Made by a program: the position numbers and the translations under genes. A stretch of DNA of 64,000 nt, from positions 26,598,001 to 26,662,000 of the forward strand of contig CATNEN010000038.1 of NCBI GenBank assembly GCA_950097015.1. Reading direction: 5' to 3'. Each line of letters begins with the position of its first letter. Position 1 is the stretch's first letter. Shown piece after piece: positions 26,141-38,600 of this stretch. The notes below the pieces were generated by a model. That model made no database searches. It had not been told where the DNA came from and saw only the letters and a program-made list of their open reading frames with translations. Origin of the DNA: Macrostomum hystrix (lineage: Eukaryota; Animalia; Platyhelminthes).

Positions 26141-26845
26141 GTACAATCTAAAGAGGCTAGTAAAAAGTAAGCAATAGCTTGACTCTAATACCTGTATTGG
26201 CATCTATAGTTGAATGTTCTTAAAATATCTCTATGTCAACAAGATGATAAGAAATGTTGGTATGATTTGCTGATAGCAACAGAGCTTTTTCTGCTGTCTA
26301 ATAGTTTGTGTAGTATAGTATATTGTCCAGGTATATTTGTGTAGCTAGATCTAAACTATTTAGTAAGGTTTTTTTCTAATTAGTTTTTGCTATTTTTAAA
26401 TAAATAGCTAAAAATTATCTTATTTTTTGTTTTTGTATTTATTTATATTCTATTTTCGTAGACTTAATGAATTTTAGCTCAACAAGCGAATTAATTTTAA
26501 TTATTTAGCATTATTGTATGCAAACCTACACAAAAAAGAATGTGTTTCTTTTCTCCTAAATAAGTAGAATCGGTTCAGATATATTTGTTAAATTTACAAT
26601 AAAATGTATTAATTAAAAAAATAACATAATTTAATACAACATTTTTGTGCAGTTGGTGAATGTGTATTTGATATTTTTTACTAATAACTCATAACTTTTG
26701 TATCTTAGTCAGGGGGAAATGTGCATTTAATCCAGACATAAACCATTTATTGAATTGTAGCTACCTTTGTTAATAAGTTTTATCATTATTTCAAGAAAAA
26801 AATAGAATCAATTGTTTCCTATAATTTTCAGAGGCCAGCTTTTCA

Positions 26846-29031
26846 ATGACTAGCAGCGGAGGCGGCAGTCAGAAGCAGGCTTCTGGTGGTGGCAAGGCCA
26901 CTTCCGGCGGTGACGCATTGTCATCTAAGCTTCCCAAGCCACCGAAGCCGCCAGAAAAGCCGCTAGTTCCCTACCTGCGCTATAGTAGAAAAGTTTGGGA
27001 GACTGTTAAAGTAGATAATCCCAATTTGAAGCTGTGGGAGGTTGGCCGGATTATCGGCAAAATGTGGCGCGAATTAGGCGACGCCGAGAAGCAACAATTT
27101 GCCGAAGATTACGAAGCAGACAAATTGCAATACGCCGACGCATTGAAGCAATATCATAGCTCGCCTCAGTACAAAGCCTGGCTAGCGCTCAAGGAGCGGT
27201 TAGAACAGGAGTCCGAGATTAGCCGACAGTCGCCCATGACAGCGGATGGCTCCGCCGGTCGGGTTAACGGCGATGTTGCCGCTTCCGGCGACGCGGCTAG
27301 GCATCAGCAACAGCAGCAGCGGTTGGCTATGCAGCCCGGATCACATCTGCCACCGCATCTGCAGCACCAGCTTCTGCAGCAGGGCAGGTTGGTTTTTCAA
27401 CTTTTTTAAATTAAGGCTACTGTTGCTTATGCCGTCAAATAATTACAGTAATGAAGTGGGTAATAATAATAATTGCACGAGGGCTGTGGACAACGGCACA
27501 TCATTTGGTGACACTAGACCCGCAGCTAGCGAGGAGGCACTTCTGCCCATTTCGCTGACTCCTGAGTACACACGCACACAGATACTGTACGCAGGCACAC
27601 GCTCACACAGGTTTGTACATCTGCCCTGACTTTCTCATCGTCAGGCAGTGTAAACTCTCACTGTGCCTTGGAGGTTGGTCCTCAAGGGCGTAAATTGCAC
27701 GACAAGCCACCAAGCCTTCTCTCCGCGGCTGCGCCCCAAATAAATGTGGCCTCGCCGCGGAATCGAGCTCAGGGACCTTGGTGCCAGAGGCAAACGCGTT
27801 AAACGCTCTGCCACCGACCCCAAGTGGCAGCGTAATATCTGGCATTACTTTTAACAGTAAAAATCGTGTTTAATAGTTGGTCTTTGTTTTACAGTAATGT
27901 AGTTGGTAATTTTTTACCTTTATCTTACACTAAAAGTGGTAATATTTTGTCATGGAATGTAAACTCAGACTAACCCCCTGATAACCGCTCGCCGCAGACT
28001 TCCGCAAAATCAGCATCAGCAGCAGCAGCTGCAGCACGGCCGTCATCACAATCATCATCACGGCGCCAGCAGGGAGGCCTACATCCAGGAGGACCTAGAC
28101 GACGAAACCTCACAGGGCGACGATGCGAACTCGTTGACAGCAAAGCACGTGGCTGCGGCTCGCTATCAGCGCAATCAGAGGCTAATGATGTGCGTGCTGA
28201 CCGACTGTGAGAGACGGCTAACTGAGGTGAGACTGCTTAATTTGCTCTCATCTGAGCATGTGCATGTGCACTCTTTTCTACGTTAATATACTCATATACT
28301 GGGATCCTTCACTCGGCTTTCAATTACGTTTCGTACATCTACCTCCGATACCCAGATCAATTCTTCGTTCGATTCCAGCTAGTCTTTGTTAACTTTTTAT
28401 CCGCTACCATCTCCGGCCGATTCCAGTCCCTGTCTGCTCATTCTGTTAGGCCATTTTCCCATTCGTTGTTATTCAAGTGTTTGCAAACTTACTTTCGCAG
28501 CAACAGCAGCAGCAGCCGCAGTCGGAGCAGCAGCTGCGCCTCCTGGCTCGTCAGGCCAGCGCTCTACGCCGTCACTGCGACTCTTTGACTAGCGAACTGC
28601 TGGCCATGGAGGCTCGCCAGGCCGAGAAGCGAGCCCGCCTGGCTGCCAGCGCCGAGTCACGTGACACCGCCTGGCTGTCGCTAGACGAACACCGGCCTCT
28701 GATTGACTTCGCCAGCCTGGCAGCCAGAGCCGTTGATAGTTATTTAATTAATGGCGCCAATCAGCAGCTAGGTGCCGACCCCGGCTGGGGCCCGGCACTG
28801 GAGCCTGTCGACTGCTGGACCGCGCCGTCCTCTACGGAACTCTCTACTACTGCTAGTAGTAATCATCTTCAGAATCAGCATTGCGGCAATGCGGTTTACA
28901 GTTCGGCTACCATTGTTCCCAGTTCGTCTGCTTCTACGGTATTTGTGGGGCCGCCAATGCCTGTCGTTTCTTATGCAGCTGATCACGCTGTCGCTAGTTT
29001 TACTACTAATAGTAGCGCTGGAAGCCTTTAA
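26846..29031 (+). CDS. SMARCE1: SWI/SNF subunit SMARCE1/BAF57 homologue, ~433 aa; exons 26846-27387, 27998-28226, 28501-29031
   Basis: [22 protein letters not shown]...[20 protein letters not shown] box typical of BAF57; NHRLI-like segment [15 protein letters not shown] in exon 2; coiled coil in exon 3. GT-AG phases consistent (1302 nt). An acceptor at 26831 means upstream exons may exist. Confidence 0.88.
27461..27821 (-). mobile_element. tRNA-derived SINE (family A) in SMARCE1 intron 1
   Basis: Minus-strand head GGTGGCAGAGCGTTTAACG...GAGCTCGATTCC (A/B boxes) and (ATT)n tail. The 3' ~90 nt recur at 63273-63360, and TTTCTCATCGTCA recurs near 40343. Confidence 0.75.
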
Positions 29032-30399
29032 CTGTAAAAAACAATATAAATTTGGTAAGAATGAATGTATATTTATCGATAAAAACTAGTTAAAATGTAT
29101 TGAAGTTACGCAGTCATTAGTAGGTTATAAGCCAATCTCTGCTGGGTTAGTTTAGAAAGAAGTAACGTTTTGTAATAAAGTTACTTCTTAAAAAATGGTT
29201 GCTACATAGTCTCTCCTCAAAAAACAACGACGTTAACGTTTTTTACGAGGTAACGATAAATATGTTAGAATTAACGAAACTTATAGCTTTGGAGACCTTA
29301 GGCATCTAAGCATCACATTCTAATCATATTCCTTAATTAATAACTTTCACTCCTCAATTGTCTTCTAACGGGTCACATTTTCCTTTCCTTAGCAAAATAT
29401 CGGGTTTTATCTTATGTCTAGCTAATAAAAGTGCATAAATGTACAATTTATTAGTTCAATATTCGTCTTTATCATTCTGTATTTTGTTTTTACTCCATCA
29501 GTGCAGTAATTGCTTTGTTTTTATTCGTTGTTAGTATATTTAATTCACACGCAGTCTCTTATACTTTGGGTTGCTCTGTAAAGAGCTTGAAGTTTGAGTC
29601 GCTTGTCCTGAGTCTAGTGTGTCTATCGCATATGAAATTTGCGTATATAAGTTGGAAATGGTATTTTTCTCATTTCTAAATGTTGCAACTAGTAATCTGT
29701 TCATACGGCATTCGCTAATGATTCATTGCTTTATTTGCGCACAAATTGACGCTTGTGTTCAATTTGATTGTAAAGAACACCTTAGTATCTATATTGTTTG
29801 CTTCAGTTGCCCATCTATACCATGTTGTCAAGGTTTAACTTACAAGCCTATTATTAAAATTGCTGCTTGCGTTTTCATACTGTTTGTACATATACTTATA
29901 ATTGATTAGTATGATTAGTAACTTCGCGTTTAAAGTTCCAAGTTGTTATATTACACAAAATAATTGTTATTCCGTTTTTTATTCTAATACACATTTCAGG
30001 CTAACTATAAAAGACAGTTGAATTAGTACATTTTTGGCGTCAGTGCCAATTTGCATTCTAGCAAATAATTGAAGCTGTCGTTGTTGCTTTGCTGTTATTT
30101 AGATTAAGTAATAACCGTCTCTCTTGTGTTTCATCTCTCCCGTCTCATCTAACCCGGCAGGTAAAAATTAAAATCCGTACTGTAGATGCTAGAGTTTGTG
30201 AGTTTAAGATATTAAGATTGAGTTTAAGTTTAGAGACAAAGATGAGACGTGACAAGCTATAGTCACAGCCTGCAGTCTGTAGCCAGAGTATGATCCACGA
30301 GACGCACGCAGAGACAACGATATTTGTCTATGGTAAAGACAGACATTCGAAAGGTTACAAAAAAATTAACGGTATTTCAAATATCCAAATTTTTTTGTA

Positions 30400-31730
30400 C
30401 GAGGGTTGTCTGGCCAATTATAGGACTGCTTTAATAACCCAGCAACAATGCAGCAAACAAAACGAAACTTGAGTCACTTCTCAACAAAGTTGCCACCTTT
30501 CTCCAGACACCGCTCCCACCTCACCAGCCACTTGTCGAAGGCCTCTGCGAAGCTAGGCGCAGGCATAGGGGTCGTGACCCCCTCCCAAGCATTCTTGACC
30601 TCCTGCAGGGAGTCAAAACGGGCGCCAGCCATCGCGGCTTTGACTTTGGGAAATAGCCAAAAGTCGCATGGGGCCAAGTCCGGGGAGTACGGCGGATGTG
30701 GCACAGTCTGAATGCCTCGCCTCTCCAGGAACTGCTGGGTCAACGCTGACACGTGGGGGGCGGGCATTGTCATGATGGAGGAACCAGCCTCTTCGCGCCA
30801 GCTGCGGCCTCTTGCGGCTGATATGCTCTTGCAGAGTGTCCAGGACCTCGCAGTAGTACTGGGTGTTGACCGTCAGCCCATTTGGCACATAATGCGTGTA
30901 CACCAGCCCGCTCGAGTCGAAGAACACAATGGCCATGGTCTTCTTGGCACTGCGCGACACCCGCGCTTTCGTTGGGGCCGCAGCTGCACGCGGAACCCAC
31001 TGCTTCGACTGAACCTTGGTCTCTGGCGTCACATAGTGCAGCCATGTCTCATCACCAGTGATGACTCGATCAAGGAAGCCGGGATTGCTGCGGCGCTGCG
31101 CATCAGGCGATAGAAGTTCTTGGCGCAGCGAACTCGCTCAGCTCGGTTCTCCTCAGTCAGAAGGTGCGGCACCCATCTTGCTGACACATGCTTGAGCTGC
31201 AGATCCTTGGTCAGAATCTCGTCAACAGTTGTCTTCGAGATGCCAGTCAAGTCGGCCAGTTCCCTGACAGTGAGGCGCCTGTCGTCGCTGATCAGCTCCT
31301 CAACCATCGCCACATTCGCTGGCGTCCTAACAGTTGGATCACGATGGTGATCTCTGCCATCAGAGCCATCGTGACCTTCACGAAGCTGTTCAAATATGTA
31401 ATACACTTGGCTCCGCGACAAGGCTTCGCTGCCGTAGCTGGCCTGCAGGTGCTGCATGCACTCCTTGGCTGATCTCCCGGCCAACAACGATTTCGCGCTG
31501 TTTGACCATCGTAAGTGGTAAGATAAGAGCTAGGAAATGCCGTAGGGGTAGCGATAGGCAAAAGCTTGCATAACATAACATTTCTTGCATGACAAGAAAT
31601 GCGCTGCTGTAGCTTTTTTCAGGAGTTATGTCCATAGACATCGAATAATATTAATATCGATTTTCAGATTCATAGCTCACATAGCTGAACAAATATTTGA
31701 GCAGTCCTATTTTTGGCCGGACAACCCTCG
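30400..31730 (-). mobile_element. Full-length mariner (D,D34D) transposon with frameshifted transposase
   Basis: 31-bp TIRs CGAGGGTTGTCYGGCCAAWWATAGGACTGCT (28/31 identical); TA TSD at 30398-30399 and 31731-31732. Motifs WVPHLL, ITGDETW, HHDNARP and YSPDLAPCD lie in three different frames; 34 residues separate the last two Asp. Confidence 0.95.
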
Positions 31731-33697
31731 TATCTCCTAAAATATTCAACCAATCGCATGAAAATGCAGAACACGGTTATAAGACTTAGAAATCTGAAGG
31801 GAAAGCTAAAAAAAGCAACAGCAGAAAGGGCGAGCAACCGAAAGGAGAATGATTAGACAAAATCCGCCCCCGAGATCACTTAATCATTTCAGCACAAACC
31901 CGGTTCGCATGACAGCAGCTGTGCCGACGTGGAGCTGCCTGAGACCGGACCCGCAGCTGTGCTGACGTGGAACGGCCCGAGACCGGACCTGTAGCTGCGC
32001 TGACGTGGGGCTGCCGGAATCAACCCGGCCTGTCCCGACCCGCAGCTGCCTGCATCGACCCAACCCAGCCGAAACTGGAGCCGCCCGGACCCGATCGGGA
32101 ACGAGATCTGGAGGAGGCCGGGACCGCACAAGAAGACTGGATCGATGAAAGAAAAGGGGTTGGCGTGCCTGCCAACCAACTAGTTTAATGACAATAACTA
32201 CTAGACTCGAGGCTGCGACCTCACTCACCTCAAATTCTCAAGCGTACTGTTGCTATGGTATTGTCTCCCCCTCGGATCGAGGGGTTTTAAAGACGCTATT
32301 ATCGGAGCGGAGCGCGGAAAAAGATTCGCCGCGCGAGTTAGTTAGAGAATCAGCTTGAGTTCCGTTAAGCTAAACTCATTAGAAAATTCAGTGTGTTCGT
32401 GTTCTTTATTGAGCAGAATCTGAGATAACGATCCAGAGAGATCGCAACCGTCAACCGGAATACTGAGTATCGATAGTCGTTAGTAGTTATAGCCTTCAAG
32501 ACATCTAGACTGCAATAAACCGCTAGACTACATATAGGAAACACTAAAACAGAAACCAAAACTTGAAGCGCTATGACGGGCTTAAATTTTTTGTTCTATC
32601 CGATAAAACAACTTACAGAATCACTAAACATTTGCCACTATCGCCGGGCTGTCTGATGACAAATACCACAGAAAAGCCGTAATTTTTCTGTTCGCAAATC
32701 TTTATCATGTAACCAGTCGGCTATTATTGTTTATTGTTTTGGATTGAATAAAATCGCTTCTTTTTTTAACCAATATGGCCGGATTCGCCGACGAAGGTTT
32801 ACGCAGAGCAAGGTTGTGTCTGTTGTCCTTGTCACCTTGTCACTTCAATGTTCCATATAATGCTCCTTATTTCGAGGAGATTATATGATATGATATCCTA
32901 GTTTTTGTCAAATAATCTCACCAAAAATTACCATAGACAACACATTCCCGGCTTAGAATAGTACAATTTTTTAACGATTAAATAAGCAATCGTATTTTAT
33001 ATATACTTGGCATAAAAGCCGTAGCTTTAAAAGCTTGCTTAAAATAAAAGCGCCATCTCGGAGTTAAACCGACTGACGACCAAAGGACGTAACAAGTTCA
33101 TCGTAAAGGGCGGAATTTTTTAAATCAGACTATTTACGAAAATCGATCATTCGGTTTGGGAGCTTTGGAGCAAGCAAGGCTTCCAGTTATTTTCCTAATA
33201 AAAGCAGTGACAGTGACTGGCAAGCGCCTCAGTACTTCCCAGTGATGTCGCCTCTCTCCCACAGCCGGTACTGGCTCCCGAGGGAAACCAATGGGAGAAC
33301 CGCGGGCCTCAACTCTACGCAACTGCTCCCACCTCCCTCCAATGTACTGGGTAGCTTGGGTATGACTGAGTGGCCATGATCCCAGGTAACAGAGGGGGAA
33401 AACGGTGCTTCCGCTCTAAAAAGAGAATGCATTTTTGCCTCACCCCAAGGTCCATGGCCGAAGATAGGGACTCTATGCGTGGTATTCCCAGGATGTAGAA
33501 CGGTCAGCTAGAGAGAGGACCCTTTCGCATTGGGGATTCTTGGGGATGCATCAAAGCCAGAGTTTCCAACCCAAGGTCAAGAGCGTCCAGTCGAAATAAC
33601 CTAAGTACTTTTAAACGGAAAAAGGTTAACTCCTAATCACCAGGCACAACGAGGCAAATACATTTTAAGGCTCAGCTTAATCAGCCCCACCATCTCC

Positions 33698-34480
33698 ATG
33701 ACGCACGACGCCGGCAGTATCCACACCGCCGTGACCGACCGGTCAGGAAAGTGCGCCGGGCCCGACGGGTTGTCCAACGAGATGCTTTATAGACTGCCCG
33801 CTGCCGCCGAACGTCGCCTCGTGGAGCTCGCTAACGACGTTGGTGACGACAGGCTGGCCGCAGTGGAGCCTTACTTCCGTCGAGCGGCTGGTGAATTCAT
33901 TCAAGACGGCGATGAAGGCGTCAATTGGAGAAGCCAGCCTGGAATTACGGCTGTGTAACTGGCTGCTGGGCTACCGAGCCAGTCCGCACCCGACGACCGG
34001 AAGGACTCCTGCCGAGCTGCTCCTGAAACACCTGCAGCTACGGACCAAGATGGATCTGCTGCGACCATCGGCTCGCGACCGGGTCCTGTGGGGGCAATCG
34101 GCACAGAAGCAGCAGCACGATCGGCGGGAACGAGATCTACCTGAGGAACTGCTGTCAGAGACCTGGGCCAGAGACTTCCACCCCAACACCGCTGCCTGGA
34201 ACCCACCAAAGTCATCGAACAGACTGGGCCGCTGAGCTTCCGGTTCGAGACGAGCGACGGTCTGACATGGCGCAGACATGCCAACCAACTGCGACCTTGG
34301 GTGTCCGCTGTCAGCAAGGAACCTGACAGTTCAGCCGCCGAGCCAGCCGGAGAGTCGGCTGAGGCCGCGCTGCCAGATGCGGCGCCTCAGCAGCCACTTG
34401 GGTGCTTGCGGCGGCCCTCGGAGAAGCTGACCATCTCTAAACTGGGAGGCAGCAAGTGACCGAACGCTATTTTTGAAGGG
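33698..34480 (+). mobile_element. Retroelement debris: non-LTR RT N-terminal fragment joined to a Gypsy integrase C-terminal fragment
   Basis: GKCAGPDGLSNEML resembles the K(S/A)PGPDG LINE RT domain-0 motif. It is followed by ERLVNSFKTAMK...WLLGYRASPHPTTGRTPAELL...LRTKMDLLRP, typical of the end of a Gypsy integrase core. Confidence 0.75.
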
Positions 34481-34486
34481 AAAAAG

Positions 34487-34702
34487 TGTGATGACTTACT
34501 TGCATTGGACTATTACGAGCGAATGTGCATTTGAGTGACTATCGATTTACTCTATCTCTAGACCGTTCAATCTGCCACTGTGCAATGTGCAAAATGTGCA
34601 TGGTTCCAATGCACAACGTGCCGAAATTCAAATACAAGCGCGTCTCCACCTGTAGTCGCTCGCGACGCTTTTGAGGACAGCCTCCTCCAGGGCAGCATCA
34701 TA
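34487..34702 (+). mobile_element. 3' LTR of the Gypsy fragment
   Basis: Polypurine tract GAAGGGAAAAAG immediately before TGTGATG (34487); the end CATCATA (34702) matches the inverted terminus at 6/7. Confidence 0.6.
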
Positions 34703-35600
34703 GCCCGCATTTGACGCTGCTATAATTGCCGTGGGCTGCATCTTGTGTTGTTGTTGCGAGTGCAAATCCAATGTCCAAAGTATCGGTAAAAGGTATAGAA
34801 AAAGCTGTCAAATTTGACATCCCTGGAGCAAATCAAAAGTCAGTTCACCCGCGCCGATTGTCCCTTTAAATCACTGCACGATGAAGCTGGAAACCCCTGT
34901 CTTTTGAACAATGAATGCTTCAAACAATTCGGCATGTCAACTGCCAAAACTTACACTTGCATCTTCTTTCTTTAATCGCTTCTATATGCATCGATATAGC
35001 ATGAAATTTCTACACATGCTTCGCTGTTTCAGGAACAGATGCAGGACCATGTTTAGCAGTTAACAAAAAAGTTGTTGAGTAAAATAGTATTGTCTTTTGT
35101 ATGAATTTACTCCTTTCAAAAGCAGAATAATATTATTATAGTGGCTTTGCTCAGTAAAAAAATTCCTGAAAAAATTAATTGCAGGCAACTTTTAATTATG
35201 AGAGGAGTGAACTGGGAGAGCTAGCTAAGGTATTTAATTGAAGATAACCTAATTGGTAAAAAACTATACTGTTACTGTTTTCTGTTTACTTTTTACTGTT
35301 ATCTTATTATAACTGGGTCAATTTACGGTTGTTTGTAGCATAATTCTGCGATGTTTATTAAGTATTTGTTTTACTACACAAACCAATTTGTGAACAATTT
35401 GACTGTACAATCTACATTGAGGTATCTCAAGTCTACCGAGCTGAACTGCACCGTTGTTTTTGTAATTTTATAACTTTTTTGGAACCACATCACCAGTCGT
35501 AGCCAGTCTTCAGTTGCTTTTCAGTCACACAATCCTTGAGACAAAATAAATTTTATCTGAACTATCGAAAAGGATACTGCACTGTGAGACAGGGACGAAA

Positions 35601-38600
35601 ATGACATCAACTTCAAATAGCGCTTATCAGATATCCAGTCTTTTGGATAAAGTAAGTCATGTGTTGCTGTTCTATTTTAGAAAGGTTTACAGTTGTTTTT
35701 GGACAGTAAAGTCCAGATAGTAAGCATAAAAAACTTACAAGTGGTGTATGCAAGCTAAATAATCAATTATGTATATGTCAGAGTCAGAAAAAACTTGAGA
35801 TAGTTAACTATAAAAAATGCTAATATTGCCCTGTGCAGTTAATGCATTTACTTCATAGTATTCATAACATTTATTTTTTTTCAGATTTTTAATTAACTAT
35901 AATGTAGTTTTCTTTTCATATATATTAGCACAAAAGTACTTTTTAAATTCAATTAAGGCCTATATTTAATTTTCATTTTAGAGCCTACATTTATGGTAGT
36001 GCTTATACTCTATTATAGGCACAGTCCCATGCAGATAGTGTCCACATAAATCCACATTAATCCAGGCCAATAATGCCCTTATTGACAGCTTGCTGAAATA
36101 GGCCACCACCTTATGACTATGTATATCCCAGCTGTTTGTTGGCCCTCCTTTTCCTTTCCAAACAAATTGATTTTAGTAACTTATTTAAGTAACATACATA
36201 CGCAACCTCCCAAATCTTAGCCGGCCGTGCGACTTAGTTTTTGCTCTATTTACAACTTAGTTTGCTCTCATTTGCTCTCTTTTTCTCTTCCCTTTTCATT
36301 TTCTTCATGCCTTCCTTTTCTGTCCCTTGGTCCCCCCTTTGATTTTTTGCACTTGGTTGATTGGTTTTTGTGACTTACCTTGCTTGGCCCTCGTTTTACC
36401 CAGCCGGTTTGGCCAGGTATTGCATATGTATGTTTAAGTAATCTATTTCCTAAATCATATAGCTATAGGATATAGCTATAGTTATAGAGCATTTAGCTTT
36501 GTTTCCATTTAAGTGACTTTTGTACATTTAAATGGCTTTTTTGTTTGTTTTCAAACCAATAAAATAGTTTCAAGCATCATGAAGTGTAACTAATTTATTT
36601 TTACCACACTAAAAATTAGCTTATTAAAAAATCATAATGAAGAAAATCTAAATTATCAGACAGTTGTAAAAATGTATTTTAGGTTTTTAAATCATATCCT
36701 CAAACATTTTAGGTCAAACAATACTTAAATTCATGTTTGAGTAAAAATGAAGTCCTAATCCCCCTTGATTTATGCATAGGGCCTATAGAAAAGCTAGGCG
36801 CTTGCATGGCTAGCATATGTATATATAATGTGGCGACCAATTCTGGCAAGCTGCTATGTGGTATGTGCTATGTGATAAAGTAGACATTATTTATATTGGT
36901 AAAGATCCATGTAAATAAATTAAGCACTATTTTTAGGACATATACAAACTGATAATCCGTATTATAGATCATGTTCTGTGTACACCAAAAAGAAAATAGG
37001 TAAAATTATATTTGTGCAACAAGTTTAGAATTTTTTAACTGCATTACAGTGCACACCAAAGTAATATACAATAAAGATTTATATCAAGACAAAACGAATA
37101 TTTGTGATTTGAAAAATATATAATATATTTTTTAATTAAAGTGACAAAGTTGTAAAATTAGATATGTTTACATTGCTAACAGAATTATGCTCCCATTAGC
37201 TCTGTCACTGGAAAAAGTCTTAAGTCTACATAGACTCAAAACAGTTAGCATTGGAAAAGTATTTGGTATTCATATTCGATGTCCTTAGAGGATTAAGGAC
37301 ATTTAAATTTATATCTGTGTTATAGACTATATTCAGCCAGAATAATATCAAAACTTCCATTTTCTTACCTCAACCCTTATAGATGGCCTCCTCGGACAAG
37401 GACTTCCGATTCATGGCCACAAATGATCTAATGCAGGAGCTGCAGCGCGACTCGCTTAATATGGACGACGACTCGGAGAAAAAGATTGTACGCATGCTGT
37501 TGACTAGGCTAGAGGATCAAGTTGGCGAGGTGCAGAATCTTGCTGTCAAATGTCTAGGGCCTCTTGTACTCAAGGTAAGGCTTAAGGTTAAAAATAATTT
37601 CTTGTGAGGTTCACTGCTTATAAATATAATTTACTTAATTTCAGGTAAAAGAGGCCCAGGTAGCGCACATCCTCGACTATCTCTGCAAACAATTGTCCGG
37701 TTCTGGTAATCTACTGCTAAAGGACACCAGCGCTATTGGCTTGAAGACTATCATTACAGCTGTGCCGCCTAGTGATCTGCAACTGCAGGTGCGAATTGAT
37801 TTATGCTATTCAAAACTGCAACAAGCTTACATTGATTCCAAATATTGTCCTCATCCATTGCTTCCTAATCCTAGACTTGACGCTTCAGACAGCCAACTTC
37901 CCAGATCCTTTGATCAAAGCCAAAATCCCACTTAGATCCTCAGTTTTGACACTAGGACCGATCAACTTCCCCAGATCCTTTGATCAAAGCCGACATCCCA
38001 CTTAGATCCTCAGTTTTGACACTAGGACCGACCAACTTCCCCAGATCCTTTGATCAAAGCCGACATCCCACTTAGATCCTCAGTTTTGACACTAGGACCG
38101 ACCAACTTCCCCAGATCCTTTGATCAAAGCCGACATCCCACTTAGATCCTCAGTTTTGACACTAGGACCGACCAACTTCCCCAGATCCTTTGATCAAAGC
38201 CGACATCCCACTTAGATCCTCAGTTTTGACACTAGGACCGACCAACTTCCCAGATCATTTAATCGTTAAGATTAGTCTCCCTCGTAAACATGGAGAACAT
38301 TGGCAACTATCGAATCTGTATTCGTCCTCTCTTCCACAGTCCCAGCTCTGCCGTATCGTAACGCCTAGCCTTCTCGAAGCCATCGATGCGCGCGAAAATG
38401 ATGCCAGCCAGCTGATGGAGTGCCTGGAAATCCTGGCTGAACTACTGTCCAAATTTGGCTCCTCGCCGCACACCCAGCCTCATCACGGCGCCGCTCTGAA
38501 AACTGCGCTTGGTCAGTTAGACAGCTCGCGCCAGTCTGTACGCAAGAAGGCCGTCCTGGCCATCGCCCAGTTGGTGCTGTGCTGCAATCAGACCCTGTTC

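Noticed and set aside
27620-27650. Hammerhead-like CTGACGA...GAAA on the minus strand of the SINE (also CTGATGA...GAAA near 9502 and 32653)
   Set aside because: No stem II and no compatible stems I/III with an NUH site.
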